Of a stretch of DNA of 64,000 nucleotides, positions 28,189 to 43,298 are shown one piece after another (positions within the stretch are counted from its first letter, which is position 1; each line of letters starts with the position of its first letter). This stretch comes from Batkoa obscura. Its lineage: Eukaryota. A program made the translations under genes and the position numbers. The stretch lies in assembly GCA_030770535.1 (NCBI GenBank), contig JASVEC010000001.1:2232001-2296000 (forward strand). Direction: 5' to 3'. The notes below the pieces were generated by a model. That model made no database searches and was not told where the DNA came from. It saw only the letters and a program-made list of their open reading frames with translations.

Positions 28189-30025
28189 TTAAACATTTTT
28201 ATCTTCACCTTCAATTTTCATTTCAGGAGCATCAAGATCATTTGATTCAGTATCTTCCGGAATAGAATACAATTTAACAATAGGCTTAATAGGGTCCTTA
28301 ACGAGGATATATTTACCTTCTTCAAGAGTAAGACAGAGACGAACAATAGCATAAACAATACCCCAACCAGAAGAAAATTGGAAATTCATTTGAGAAACAA
28401 AATCATTTGGTCGATATTGCATTGTAGTTAATATTTGATGACGACGATTGTCTTTTGGATTAATACGTGATACCCATCCCAATTTAAGTAAATTAGCATT
28501 AGCTAATATAGCTTGTACTGCCCATCGAGTTAATTTACAATTGTTATTCTTCATTTCGGTGGCTACAACTGCTCCTCGTTGACTATCTAATTTACTTCTC
28601 CAATCTAAAGCACCTCCTGACCCTTGTGCTTTAGAATCAAATTCATTTAAGGCTCTTACTAATAAATATTTATCAGTACCATCACTACCTTTTTGTACAC
28701 CATCTACTTCAGTACGTACAATTAAACCAATTTCAGTATCTAATTCAAATCGACGATAACGATAGGCAGCTGAACCAACTTCAGTAGTATTGATATTACT
28801 ATCATAAAATGGATTTGGTTTTTCAAATGTTTTTAATTTACTAGAATCTAATACTTGATTTAAGAAAGCTTGGTTAATTTGTAATGCTTCTTGAGATAAG
28901 GAAGCTGGTGAATTTAAATTTTCCTTTTCAGTACCATTTTGAACTTCAGATGGTGGATCAGATGCATTTTCATTGACTGTAATAGAATCAATTGGACCAC
29001 CTTTACGTTTATCAAAGAATAATTTATCACCAATACGATTAACTAAAATATCCCAAGGTTGTACTGATCTTGGTGAACACATTAATAAAGCTAATATAGT
29101 ATCAGTAATAAATACAGTGGCATCTTCTGTTTTAGCATATTCTTGTAAAATTGGATCTTCACTAGTTGATAAACTATATTTAAGTTCTTCATTATTTGTT
29201 TTTAATAAACTATCATTAGTAGTTGGTTTATCAAATTTCTTATTATAATGATATAATTGTCCATGAATAGATAAATCAACTGGATCAATTACATTATGAC
29301 TTAATTTGGCAATACGATTAAGTTCAATATCTTCAACAACAGTCCATTCAGGTTGAATACGTACAGAAGCATCTTTAGTACGCTAAAATTTAAATTTAAA
29401 TAAATTTTATAAATCAATTTAAATCAATTTAAAACTTACACGATCATAATTATTATAACCATAACGATTATTATTTTGCTTATTATTAGCATTATGTTTG
29501 GTATTAGTATTACCCTTTTGATTACCAGTATTACGTACATTTGTTTTTTGAGTATTGGTTCTTGTATTCTATCATTAATATTAATAAATAGAATCAAATT
29601 AAACAACTTAGTTATTATTACCCCTTTAGTTAAAGTAGTTTTTTTCTGAATAGTTTTAGAATCTACTAAAGAGAAAGAAGCGTCGTCAATATTATGGAAA
29701 GCAAATGGATTTTCACCACTAGCACCATAAGCTTGTTCTATATTAAATAAAAAAAGAAAATAGATAAATATCACATAAAATTCTATATTATTAAACTATT
29801 TTAAATTTTACCTTTTCTACCTTGTTTACGATTATTATCCAATTGACGATTATTAGCTTCATTAGACCAATCAGCAAACTTACCAATACGATCACTTTTA
29901 GAAAATGGAGCATATGGTATTTGATTAAAATTTTTATCTAAATGGCTCATATTTGGTCCCCAAGATAATTCATTATCTTCTACAATAGGTAATTGAAAAC
30001 TAGGTTTAGCACCGTTGGAAGTCAT
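28189..30025 (-). CDS. eIF3d: Translation initiation factor eIF3 subunit D; 3 introns
   Basis: SWGP, IPYAPFSKSDRIGKFADW, DWRSKLDSQRGAVVATEMKNN, YILVKDPIKP. Confidence 0.95.
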
Positions 30026-30236
30026 ATTTTTCTTTTTTTTTAAAGTAAAATTTTTTTTAAAATTCTAATTAATTTTTTTACTTGAAATTGTCAGCTTAAA
30101 AATCCCATATTCCATGAGAAAATGGAATTGAAATTCAATGAAAAATAGCCAATGAAATGAAGGAACAAAAAGTACATTATTTGAAATTAATTGAAAATAA
30201 CTACTTTCTTTTTAATAAAAAGTCCATTTTAAAAAG

Positions 30237-30921
30237 ATGAGAATTGAAAAGTGTTATTTTTGTTCCTCAAGTTGTTATCCAGGTCATGGTGTTATGTTTG
30301 TTAGAAATGATAGTAAAGTAAGTTGAATTTTATAATCAATTATTAATTTAAAATAGTAATAATTGAATATTTACTAAAGATTATTTTTTAAAATTTAATA
30401 ATAGACTTTTCGATTCTGTCGTTCCAAATGTCATAAAAACTTTAAAATGAAGCGTAATCCACGTAAAGTTAGATGGACAAAGGCATTTAGAAAAAGTGCT
30501 GGAAAAGAAATGGTTATTGTAATTCAAATTTATTAATTTATTTTATAAACAGATTATTTAACAGTTCTATTTTATAGGATTCCACTTTTGAATTTGAAAA
30601 GAGACGTAATATTCCTGTACGATATGATCGTAATTTAATGAGTAATACAATCAATGTTATTAAAAGGGTTACTGAAATTCGTGCCAAAAGAGAGCGTAAT
30701 TATTTCAAGAATCGGTAATTTAATTATTTAATATTAAATTTTATTTTATTTATTAATATTATATATATAGTATGCAAGGTAATAAAGAAAGAGAGAAACA
30801 AACAGCTATTAAAGAAGTACAACATCATCTTAATATGTTACCATTTGAAAAAGAAACTATTCAACAATCTTTGGATAAAGTTAGAAATCAAGAAAATAAG
30901 GTTAATGAAATGGAAGATTAA
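30237..30921 (+). CDS. RLP24: Ribosome biogenesis protein RLP24 (L24e family); 3 introns; not in ORF track
   Basis: [63 protein letters not shown]...[15 protein letters not shown]. Confidence 0.95.
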
Positions 30922-31185
30922 TCGAAATCATATTGAGTTGATTGAATGTTAAATTATGTTAATTTTATCTACCACCAAGACTCTTCTTCTTTATTATAAG
31001 CTTTTTTTTATAGAATCTTTATTAGCTATTTTCTTTTTTTGTAATCACTTCCCTCTTTTGAAATAATAATGGAATCATGTTGAATTGATTAAAATTATAT
31101 AGTATAAAATAAGAATCTCTTTTTTTTTTAAATATACTTTTTATTTATTTGCAAATTATTAACTTTTACTTATATATTTAATAGC

Positions 31186-31876
31186 TTAATGAGATTCAAA
31201 GAAACTGGAAATCTCATATTTTAATTGAGGGATACTTTCTTCATTGAGATAATTGCCTAAAAGAAAACAAACATAAATAAATACACATAAGTTTAAAATA
31301 TTAATTTCAACTTACCAGCTGAAAAACAATTACAACCAAAACGAGAAGTTAATTTATTTATGGATTCTTCTGTGATATTTTCACCTAATTTTAACCAATG
31401 AAATACATTACCAGCAAACCATAATTGATTTTCTTCATTAATAGAATAAATAGAATGAGTACTATCAATTAATGCTATAGCTTTTATATAATTTATACTT
31501 TCTATTGGATATTGATTAATTAATTCAATAATCCCATTACTAGCATCTCCATGTCCTATAATATATAATTGATTTGGGTTTGAAGGACTAAAATAAAATA
31601 ATTAGTTATTAGTTAATATTTAATATATTTATATTTAATATTATTAATATTATTAATACATACAATATAATATCTTTAAATAAAGTAATAATATGATTTT
31701 CATAAGTATCATGATTAGGTATAATTAAAGTATTGAATTTATTATTATTTTGATTATCATAAATTGGCTTTCCATTATAAAATAAATTTTGATTTGGGTT
31801 AGCTAAAATTATATCATATCCTAAAGATTGAAAATAATCAACATAACTTAGCATTGTTCCTTCCTAAATAAAATAG

Positions 31877-31907
<31 letters not shown>

Positions 31908-32734
31908 ATTAATGATTCTTAATTATTATTACTTTAATAGAAGTATTAAATATTATTCTTTTTGACCAAATAAACGAACTATTAATATATTATTATTATT
32001 AATATTTAATATATATAGATCTATTTACAAATACTTACTTTTGATCAAAATTATTAATAAATACAACTAATTTTTTACTATTATTTAGTGCATTTTTACT
32101 ACCCAAAATACATATTAATAAGGCTATTTATTAATAAAAATAAAATAATTCTATTTACCTAATCATAACTTCAGTATATACTTCTTCTTTAATCTCTTTT
32201 AAATTAACATTTCTTTTTCTCACTTTTTCTTTTTCAATATTAATTTTATATAATAACATTTCATAATCTAATATCATTTGTTTTTTAATTATATCAATTA
32301 CTTCAACTAAAGAATTTATTATTATCAATTTATTTTAATAATAGAAATAAAATCAAATAAAATTAACTTACTTAATATAATAAAACTTAATTTTTCATAT
32401 TTTTTAAATTGAGGATCATTTGAAAATGCAGACCCTTTAAATTCAGAAGTAGCTATAGACCAATCTAATCCAGTTAGTATATTTTTGATTTTATCTGATC
32501 GGATACAAAAATTAGTAGAAGATAAGGGGACATCATCTTCAAATATAAATTAAAAGAGAAATGTTTTAATTTTTTTGTTAAATCTTATTGTTAATTGAGA
32601 TTACTTAATTCTATTGAAAATTCATTTTTATTTTCTTCTTCTTCTTCTTCATTAAGTTTTAATCTATTTAATTTTTCAATAGTTGTATTATTATATATTA
32701 ATTTCTCTCTTCGACTTGGACGTAATCGAAACAT
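31186..32734 (-). CDS. Arb2/FAM172-like alpha/beta-hydrolase-fold protein; many small exons
   Basis: Spliced motifs GTMLSYVDYFQSLGYDIILANPN, IYIIGHGDAS, IALIDSTHS, RFGCNCFSAG match the Arb2/FAM172 pattern. Confidence 0.65.
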
Positions 32735-32876
32735 TCAACTATTTTAAAAAATAATAAAAAATGAAAAAAAATACTTTGATCATCAAATTTTAGTCACTTT
32801 TAATCAAAATAGAAATGCATTAAAAATAAAATCAAATAAACTAAAAGTTAAATTTATTCTTATTATTCCATCAAAA

Positions 32877-35534
32877 TTAATATAACATCAATACATTAAT
32901 TATTGTTAATATCATAAAACTTAAATTGATAATAGAATAAATTTGATAATAATATCCCAATGATAATACTGAATAAACATAAGTAAGTAAAACAATAGGA
33001 ATAAATCCAGAAAATACAATTTCACCAACACTCTTTAATAACCCTCTAAGAATCTTATAGAACGAGTTATTTGTTTTCTTTTTCTCTTCTTTCTCTTCTT
33101 TCTCTTCTTTCTCTTGTTTTTTTTCTTTTTCTTTTTCTTTTCTCTCTTTCTCTTTCTCTTTCTCTTTCTCTTTCTCTTTCTCTTTCTCTTTCTCTTTCTC
33201 TTTTTCTTTTTCTTTTTCTTTCTTTTCCTCTTTACTCTTCTCAATTATAAAAAGAATCTTGTATAAAGCATAGATAATATAAAATCCAATAAATAATAAT
33301 TGAAAATTACCCATATTAAAGGTATCTAATATTGGTTGCCAACGTTCATTATCACTATTTTCATTTGGAAAATACAAACCATAAATATAAATATGATGAT
33401 TATATTTTGCTTGATTTTTAATGTATACTCCAGGATTACCATAACTTGATTCCAAATTACCATAATAAATTGGAAAATTAATTATATATAAACAATAAAA
33501 TAATAATAATTGGTACATATACTTATTTCTATATATAAAATAGTGTAATAAATTATTATTATTATTATTATTATTATTATAAACTATTAAATCCATTAAT
33601 AATAAAGTTGAAAGTACAATTGTATATAATATAATAAATATATTTTTAATAATATATTCCATATTACTTTGTATTATTTTATTACCATAACTATTGATTT
33701 CTGTAGGTTCATTTAATTTGTCTAAATTGAATGTTAAATTATGCCATCCAATAAAATCATTACTATCTTGAACTTGAATACTTAATTGATGAGTATTTTT
33801 TGAATACAGTTGATTATTAAATTGGATTTCATATAAATTGTTTTTAACAAATTGAATTTGATTTGTTAATAACTCATTATCAATCGTTATTTGAATATAT
33901 TTGATTTCAGTTGAGTTAAATATTAGAAATCGAATAGTTTCTATTTCTTTCATTAATTTCAAATTATCATGTTGATTTAAAATAAATTTATTGTCTTTAA
34001 TATTAGTAATCAATATAATAGGCTTACTATAAATATTTGTTGGTAATTTAGTTACTATGTCTCCTTTTTCATTTTCTTCAATATTTAATTGATGATTTTG
34101 ATTAATATCCATTTTTTTATCAATAAAATTAATAATATCATTGTCTATTGAAATAATTCGATAACTTTTATGTTCTACTAAATCAGCTAATTCTAGTTCT
34201 AGTAAGCCATTATCATGATGATGTTTTAAATCAATACCAATACCTAATTAAATATTAAATATTAAATATTAGTATAATAATAATACATATAATATATAAT
34301 ATATATTTTATATATATTGTATAATATATATTGTATGTATATTGTATAATATATATTGTATGTATATTGTATAATATATAATATATAATATATATTGTAT
34401 AATATATAATATATAATATATATTGTATATAATAAATTTACCATAAATTAATTCATGTAAATGACCACATAAATATAAAGAAGATTTTGAAGATAATTGA
34501 TTAAATGATTGATTACTACTTGATTTTGAAAATAATGTTGTTGTAATTGGATAATGACTAATTAAAAAAGAATGATTAATGTCTTTCACCTCCTTTAAAT
34601 TAGATTCTAATAAATCCATTTTTTTACGATCAATATAACTAAAAAAATTAAAATGTCTTGATGTAGAATATTTAGGACTAAAAATAAAAATTAATTAAAA
34701 AACATATTAATATATATTAATTATTACTATCATTATTATTATAATTATTATTAAAATAGAATAAACTTACCAACCATCCATCGAAATAAATTGATATTTG
34801 CCGTAATTTTTATTTAATACATAATTAAAACTAGGTTTCTTTAAACTGCTATAATTTAAAAAGTAGTTATTTTCATGTTCCCATTCAGGTACATTAAAAC
34901 AATCATGATTACCACGAACATCAAACCAATAATTTGCTTTATTTAATATTCCTGCTGACTAAAATGAATAAAAAATTAATTAATTATTACATTATTATTA
35001 CATTATTATTATTACATTATTACTATTACTATATTATTTACTTACTTTTAATGCAGAATTATATAATTTCCATTCTTTTTCAAATTGTTTTGATTTTCTT
35101 TTATCTTTAGATTTGCCATCGACAATATCACCTGTAGCTAATACTAATTCTGGGTTAATAATAGGTAATATACCACTTAAAAACAAATGAAAATTAGATA
35201 ATGCTTCATCATTATAAACAGAGATATGGATATCGGTAACCTATTTAATAATAATAATAATAATAATTATTATTATTATCATTGTTATTGAACTAAATTT
35301 CTATATTTCAATAATATTATTTACTTGTACAAACCAAAATACATTTTCATTAGAAGTTTGAGTTACTTTTGGTTTAACTTGAATTGTAATATCATTATTA
35401 TTTACTTCATTTTCTTTATTGTCTCTATAAAGTGGTCCTTGAGATTCTAAATATACTGTATATCCACGATAAATTAATAGACTTATAAATGTATAATAAA
35501 CGAATTTTGTTATTATAGTAGTTGCTAATAACAT
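32877..35534 (-). CDS. TMEM62-like metallophosphoesterase membrane protein; 4 introns
   Basis: WFVQ|VTDIHIS, TGDIVD, RGNHD, SHYP, LCGHLH, LELADL motifs; C-terminal multi-TM region. Confidence 0.85.
33075..33240. repeat. Coding (TTTCTC)n microsatellite encoding a poly-KE tract in the TMEM62-like protein
   Basis: Visible tandem TTTCTC units; translates as KEKEKEK... on the minus strand. Confidence 0.9.
34262..34435. repeat. TA-rich minisatellite (TATTGTATAATATA-like units) inside an expanded intron
   Basis: Repeated tattgtataatata / tattgtatgtata units between the HELIYG donor and the GIDLK exon. Confidence 0.85.
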
Positions 35535-35924
35535 TAATACTTTTTTTTATTAAAAAAGAGATAATGAAAATGAATTTTGGTTTTTATATTTAAAGTTGAA
35601 TTACGTAATAAATAAATAAAATTTTACTACAAAAGTTTGCTTTTATTTCAATTGAAATCTACATAGAATATTAAAGTAAAAGATTAAGAATAACAAATAC
35701 AATCAACTATAAATTTATCAATAATTAGTAAAAAAAATAAGTCATATAATAAAATTATCTTCAATATTGAAATTCAATAGAATAATTAGTCAAAATCTTT
35801 GGTTTTGGGCTAAATTTTTTTGATTTTTATGCTTAGTTAATGCATAAAAGTTCACATTAATTTACCAATTATAGTCAAGCTTAATTCTAATCGATCTTTC
35901 TCAAAATTCTATTTCAAATAAATT

Positions 35925-37923
35925 ATGATCAATAAACAAAATGAAGATACTGTTGTTAAAGATGAGAGTAAATGTAATAAAGACATTAATTCGACGTCAG
36001 AGGTAATTATAATATCTGATAATAGTGATGATGAATTTTCAAATATATCATTGAAACAATCTAATTCAAATTTAACATTATCTTCATTTCCATCCATTTC
36101 TAAATCTACAAGTGGAAATGTCATACTCAATAAACATGGTAAATTAAAAATAGAAACAAAAAGTAGCTATTTTAGTTCAAAAACAACAAAAATTAAAGAA
36201 AGGACAACTCATTGTCCAATTTGTAATTTAAAATTTGAATTTATTAATTCAATAGAATTTCGAGAATCTCATATTAATAATTGTTTAAATCAATCTAATT
36301 TTAATGTTATTAGTACAAAGAAGACATCGAGTCTAAAGAGTGAAATTAACTTTAAAAAAGAATTGATTAGAAAGAATGAGATGGATTCAAAACTCAATTT
36401 AAAAAAGATTAAGATAGAAGATGATAATTTAAAACCAATATCTCAGAATAAAGTGAAGATAGATAATAATGTTCAAATAAAAGTAATAAAAGAAGAAAAG
36501 AAAATTATAATAACCTCATCTAATGAGTCTATAATAACTTCACATAACAATATAAAATTAACAAATGATTTAAATGATCAAGAATTATTAATCACACTTG
36601 GTTCTCTAATACATAACCCTACTCAACCAATATATTATACTACACCTGATATTTTTCACAATGCCAGATCAAAAATTAAAAGGCCTTTACCAGATAGTAA
36701 AAAAATACCTGGAACAACATTTAGTTTAGATGCATTTAATGTAGGTGCTATACCTTTATGTCAAGCTTATTTTTTATCGCATTTTCATTCGGATCACTAT
36801 GGTGGTATTGGAAAAACATTTTCACATGCTTGGATCTTTTGTAGTAAAATTACAGCTAATTTATTAAATTCTAAAATTGGAGTGAACATGGAGTATATTA
36901 AACCATTGGAATTAAATACATTATATATTATTGATAATGTTCGAGTAATTTTAATTGATGCTAATCAGTAAGCTTTTATCTAATATATATATTAATATTA
37001 ATAATATATATTCTATTAGTTGTCCAGGTTCTGTTTTATTTTTATTTGAAGTACCTTATGATGATAATATTGATCATTCAAATCCCAATAAGTTTACACG
37101 TATTTTACATTGTGGAGATTTTCGAGTGCATAAAGATATACATTTAAATGAAAACTCAATTTTATCTAAAATTCCTTTAGATTATCTTTATCTCGATACT
37201 ACTTATTGTAATCCAAGTTATTCCTTTCCATCTCAAAAACAAGTAATTGATAAATCCATTATATTAGCTAATGAATTTATTAGTTTATCTTCTACTACAG
37301 ATAAATTAAAAAATTCAATATTCAATTACTTTTCTTCTACTTCAAAACCAAAGAAAAATATTGAAAGAATAATAGCAGTTGGATCTTATTCTATTGGTAA
37401 AGAAAGAATCTTTTTAAATATTGCTAAACAATTGAAAACTAAAGTTTATGTTACACAAGCTAAATTTCAAATATTAATGAACTTTATGGATATTAATTTA
37501 AATAATATATTAACTTTAGATCCCACTGAAGCTAAAGTTCATATACTTCCAATGAATCAAATTAATGCTAAATCATTAAAAGAATATTTTGAACAAATTA
37601 AATTAATAAATCCCAATTTAAATTCCATATTAGGAATTAAGCCAACAGGGTGGACCTTTTCAAATAAATATGCAAATCAAGATAATCCGCCATCAAAAAT
37701 AGATTTAAATAATTTAAAACCTAGTTCAATTTGTGATAAAGTAACTATTTATGGTTTACCTTATTCAGAACATTCTTCTTTTGAAGAGTTAAGATCATTT
37801 GTTAAACATATAGCTAAAGTATCTAAAAATAATAATAAAAATTTAAAAGTTATACCAACTGTTAAACCAGCAAATATGGATCCTTTAGAAGTATTAGAAT
37901 ATTTAAATGAATGGGCAAAGTAA
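35925..37923 (+). CDS. PSO2: DNA interstrand cross-link repair nuclease SNM1/PSO2 (beta-CASP); 1 intron
   Basis: UBZ-type CPIC...HINNC; FLSHFHSDHYGG, DAN|(H)CPGS, HCGDFR, YLDTTY, PTGW, PYSEHSS. Confidence 0.93.
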
Positions 37924-38090
37924 ATTATAAGAATTATATTATTGAAATAGTAACTCATCTACTTAATTATAAAATAAATAGAAAATAAAATAATAATTTT
38001 ATAATATTTATTTCCTTTTTTTATATAATTTGAAAAAACAAATATATTTTTATTAGATAAAACAATAGAAACTTGATATGTATTTTTTAA

Positions 38091-40441
38091 CTATTTCTTT
38101 AACAATGCATTTACAACATGGTCTACATTCATTTTTTTAAGATCAGTATATGTTTGTCCTGTACCAACAAATAATATTGGCGCCCTAGAAGTAAATGTCA
38201 TTGATAAAGCTGCTCCAACCTAAAATAATTATTAGTTATTAATATTTATTATTATTATTTTAAAATATTTTATTATTATTATTATTATTTACCTTATCAT
38301 CAATAGTATCAAATTTGGTTAAAATAATACTATCAATTTTACGTGGTTGAGCACTACCTGAAAAATCTTCTAATGCTTGATTAAATTTTGATAATTGATC
38401 TACAGCTTCATTTCCTACTAATGCTTCTCCTACAAATATTACTTTATCCGGTTGATTCACTGCTACTAACTAATATATATATATATAAAGTTAATTATAT
38501 ATAACATAAAAATAAATATAACATTACCCTTGCTAAAGCTTTCATTAAAGATTCATTATTTTGCATTCTACCAGCTGTATCAATTAGTACAACATCAAAT
38601 CCATTAGAAGCACCTAAAAAATAAAAATAAAAATAAAAATAAAAAAATCAACATAAATATAAATAAATTATTATTATTTACTTACCAAAAGCAATAGCAT
38701 CTTTAGCAATTGAAGCTGAATCTTTACCATACCCTCTTTCGTAAAGTTGAACCGAACCATTTTGATTTAATTTTAATAAATTCTTAACATGAACGCCTAA
38801 TTGTTCTACAGCCCCTGAACGAAATGTATCACATGCTGCTACTAATACTTTTTTTCGATTTTGTAATAACCAAAAACATGTTTTGGATAAATTCGTTGAT
38901 TTACCTACCCCATTGACACCAATAAATGACATTACATATGGCCGTTTTTGGACTGTATTCGCATTATTAATTTCTTTAATAATATCCATTGAAGTCCCAG
39001 GTGTTAATATTTGAGTAATAGATTCACGTAAAGAATCGGATACTGCTTTTGCTAAACCTAATAAAATTATTTTATTTTATTTTATTTTATTTAATAATTA
39101 TTTAAAATAATACAATAAACCTACTTTGAAATCCACCTAATTTTTTACCAACAATATCACTTTTAACACTTTCACATAAATGAGAAGCAATTTCTTCAGC
39201 TACATTTTTTTGTACTAAATGTTCTTTCATGTTCGCTAAAACTGGTATTAATTCATCTTCATTAATTATATGTTGTCCAGTTAAACTATTAAAAATGGAC
39301 ATTAATCTTGATTCTGTTTCTACTTTAGGTTTTGTAAATTGTTCAATGTATTCATAATCTTCTTCTTCTGCTCCATCAATATCTTTTACATCATACGTTC
39401 CATCTTCATTATATTCCCCTTTTTCATTATCATCAACCTGGAATTTAATTAATATTAATTAAGCGTTATAAAAACAAATAAATTACTAATGAGTTAATGA
39501 TTTCGGAATCAGAGGTATCTTGAGCTTCTGAATAATCTAAAGATTTCATCTTGGCTTTACTCATCTGTCCAGCCCATACTCTCTTTTCTCTTTTCTTTTT
39601 ATCGCCTTCAGTACTACTAATAATAAATAATTATAATAGTTTAAAATAATTTTAATTTACTCTGTTGAAACATTCTCATCTTTATCATTTTTCAATCCCT
39701 TCTTTTTTGATTTAGGTTTAAATCCCATAGGTTTTAAAATGGGTGAAATCGATTCTGGTGTACTCATTCCAAGCTCTTCTTTTTCGTTATCTTGACCTAT
39801 TTTATTTTATTAAATTAATTCATTCTTAAAATATAAAGCTTAATTACCAGCTGCTTTTTTAGATGCTTCTAAAGTGGATTGATATTTTTTAGTCTCTTCA
39901 AATTTTCTCGGTGTTTTATTTTTTGCCTTTAATAAAATTTAATAAATAATTAACAGTAAGTTAAATTAAATTACTTGTTGAGCATGTCGTTTTTCTATTC
40001 CTTTTACAGTTGAATTGAATTTGGTATCAAAATCAAAAGTTGGAAAAGGAATTTGATTTTCTTCATCTCTCAATAAATTATTTTGATCAAAATAATTTTT
40101 AATGTCTTCTTTATATTGTGAACAAAATAATTCTTTTAATACATTTAAAAGTTCATCAATATAAGATAGCTGTAATATTTTTTGATAAGCTACCTAAAAT
40201 AAAATTATAGTCTTTTTCAAAACTAAATTAATATCTAATTTACCACAAATACTAAGTCTAATTCATTTTCAAAAGTCCAATGAAACTTTTGATTATTAAG
40301 TAAAGCGGAATTTTCCCCATGTCTTGATTCTACAAAGATTTGACTAATTAATTCATCTACAGAAGATAATCGAACCGATCGTAAATTAGCGGTAAATAAT
40401 ACAATGCCTCCTTTGGTAAATATAGTAAATAAATCTAACAT
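38091..40441 (-). CDS. SRP101: Signal recognition particle receptor alpha subunit; many introns
   Basis: [64 protein letters not shown]. Confidence 0.95.
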
Positions 40442-40853
40442 TTTTTTTAATACAAATGAAAAGTTTAAAAAACTGTAAAGATTTGTAAGTCTATTGTTTT
40501 GTTTAAAATTGACCCATCAATATTTGACACATTTAATTTGTTTCATTGGTTAGAAAATGTGCCACTATAAATTACCTTTTATATGTTTTTAGAATTTAAA
40601 ATGTTCTATTTCAATGACAATAATCAAGTTTAACAAATTAGTATATGTCATTTTTTTAAAATTTAACATATGAAATAGTAAAGATAATATTAACTATGAG
40701 TTTAATTATAATAAACTTAAAATAACTAATTTATTTAACTAGAATTTAAAACAGAGGATAATATTTATTAAACTTTAATTTTATTTAAAATAATTTCTTT
40801 ATTCTTCTAAATAGAATTAAATGCCATATAAATTATAATAAAAATGCTTTCGT

Positions 40854-42389
40854 TTATTCCCAAGTTCCCCAGTCATCATCATCACTCTATAAATTTACTA
40901 ATTAACATTTTATAATCAACAGAGTTGAACTTACCTTATCATCTGGTCTTTCAATAGCTTTAGTTGTTTCAATTGGTGTATTCTTTCCAGATTCATCAAT
41001 TAACTCGTAACTTTCATCTTGTTTTACTGGTTTAGTCGTAGGTTTCTCATTGCTTATTTCGTTTGTTTCTTTAAGTTCATCTTCGCTTTTTTTACTTATT
41101 TCTGGAGTCTCCTCTTTTACTTTTTCATCTTTTTCATCTTTTTTCTCATCTTCACCGTCACTTTCATCCCAATTATAAAGCTCAACATCATTATTGTCAA
41201 TGGTATCTAACAAATTAGTAAACAATACTAAGTCATATAATGATTAACTTACCTCTTATCAATTTCTTCCTTTCAATTTCTTCTTGTTCTAACATATGTA
41301 CATTAAAATAATATCTTTTCCAAAACGTTTCTTCATCAATAGAAGTCGGAACTAAATAAAAAGTTAAAATCAATTATTTTATCTTATTAAAAAAATTACC
41401 TATTCTTTCAAAAATTCGTAACATTTCTGGATTTTCTTTTAATAGTTCTTTATTTTGCTCTTGGAGATTATTAAAATCAAATCCATTTATAAAGGCTTCG
41501 AATGCTTCTTTTTTATCTGATGTACTTGGATCTTCAATATATGTAGTAGAACTTGATTGAAGTTTTATTAATTTAGCAAACTTTCTATCAAACCTAAATG
41601 AGATCAATATTATTATAATTACAATTAAATCAAATTTCATTACATCATTTTCGTTTCTTGATCTCTAATTTCATCTGGGGCTTCAATAACTACTGCTTGT
41701 TTTAAAAAGGTACTAACATTTTCAGTTAATTTTTCAGCATATTCACCAATTCCGGTACTTTTAGATATCTTTTCTGCGTATTCAGTAACCCCAGTAGGTA
41801 GCTTTAATTTTTCAGTGTAATTACTTAAGCCTGAACTTTTAGCAAATGAAGTAAATGAAGAAAAAAAAGAGTTTGAACTAGTTTGAGTGGACGTTGTAGT
41901 TTCCTCAGTTCCTCTAGTTTCTTCTTTAGGCTTCTGCCCAAAGGTATTGCTAAATCCTAAAGATAATTTATTGATGCCAGTATTCAAAGAATCCATTGAA
42001 AAATTGGCATCTTTTTTTAAATTAGTGACCAATTCATTTACGTCATCTTTATAATATTCTTGTACTTCTTCGCCCTAAATGTGTTTTTATAAATCAAAAG
42101 TATAGGATAAATTAAAGTTATTTACCTTCTTTTTAAAAGCTTCAAATAAAGATTCTAAAGGTTGAGTTATATTTTTTGAAATTTCAGGTAACTTTTTCAC
42201 TTGAAAATGATCTTCTCCAATTTCTCCCTCTTGAGTTAGAGTTTCATTAGTCTCATCGCTCTCTTTATGGGGTAATATCTCTTTTGTGGTTTCAACTACT
42301 TTATCTTTAACTTTTTCAATTAATTCTTCAGTTACTGCTGCATTTTCATTTGATATCCTTGCCTCTGCTAAATGCGGAAAATCATCCAT
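40854..42389 (-). CDS. BSD-domain protein (DOS2-like); 5 introns
   Basis: ...VPTSIDEETFWKRYYF... BSD motif, TYIEDP, acidic tail ending DDDWGTWE. Confidence 0.8.
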
Positions 42390-42767
42390 TTTTTATAAAA
42401 GAAATAGGTGGCTTTTATTTTTTGTTTAGTTGTTCATTTTTTTATTGGATTAAATGTGTCGTTTATTGAATGGTAAATAATTTTTGAGAATTATTTAAAT
42501 TAATGCATGTTATTGTCAAATATATAATTTATTAATATATATAATAATTGATATATAAATATAATTAACTTATCATTGATCGATAAATGTCTTCAAGAAG
42601 GGTTTACTTTATCAAATTAGAATGAAATATGCAGTTTTACCTAATTTTTATAATCATATGTTATAAATATATTATAAATAAAAAAGGCTAACTATTGTAA
42701 TTATAATTACAAAATAAATATTTTTAATTAAAATGCTACAGCTAGTTATTATTCAAAGATTTATAAA

Positions 42768-42872
42768 ATGGGGGTGTTTTTTTGGCTTCATTACTTTTTC
42801 CATCTTTTAAGCAACACCATTTGAGAGGGAAATTTTATTAATAAAATTCTTAAACATAAAAACACATCCTCA
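42768..42872 (+). mobile_element. MITE-like repeat, copy 3
   Basis: ATGGGGGTGT...ACATCCTCA with shared core. Confidence 0.85.
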
Positions 42873-43298
42873 AATTATATATTAATCTATGGTATAAAAT
42901 TTATACTCTTCATTTTTATAGAACATAAGTTATCAAACACTTTATCGATGCAAAAGAGGAAAAAAGTTAATAAAGAGTCCATAAAGTCTACATAAATAGC
43001 AATCCCTATCTCTATTATATTTATTATAAGACGCTACTCAGATATTCTCTAAAATCTTAGTAGTTAAATGTGTTTTGATTAATTAAAATTGTATATTTGG
43101 CTGATCTAAATTTCTGTTAATTATTAAATCTTATTAAGATTCTATTTTATCATAAATATTGTAAGATTATTTTTTTAAAAGGGTAAATATAATGTTAAAT
43201 CGATTATTTATTATAATTATAATTATTATTTACTGTTAAGTGATTAGTGATTATTTTATTAACATCAATTGTTGATTATTGATATTTTAAAGTAAAAT

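Noticed and set aside
33035..34444. ORFs 33035..33244 (poly-K/R) and 34262..34444 (poly-Y/I)
   Set aside because: They are alternative-frame translations of micro- and minisatellites.
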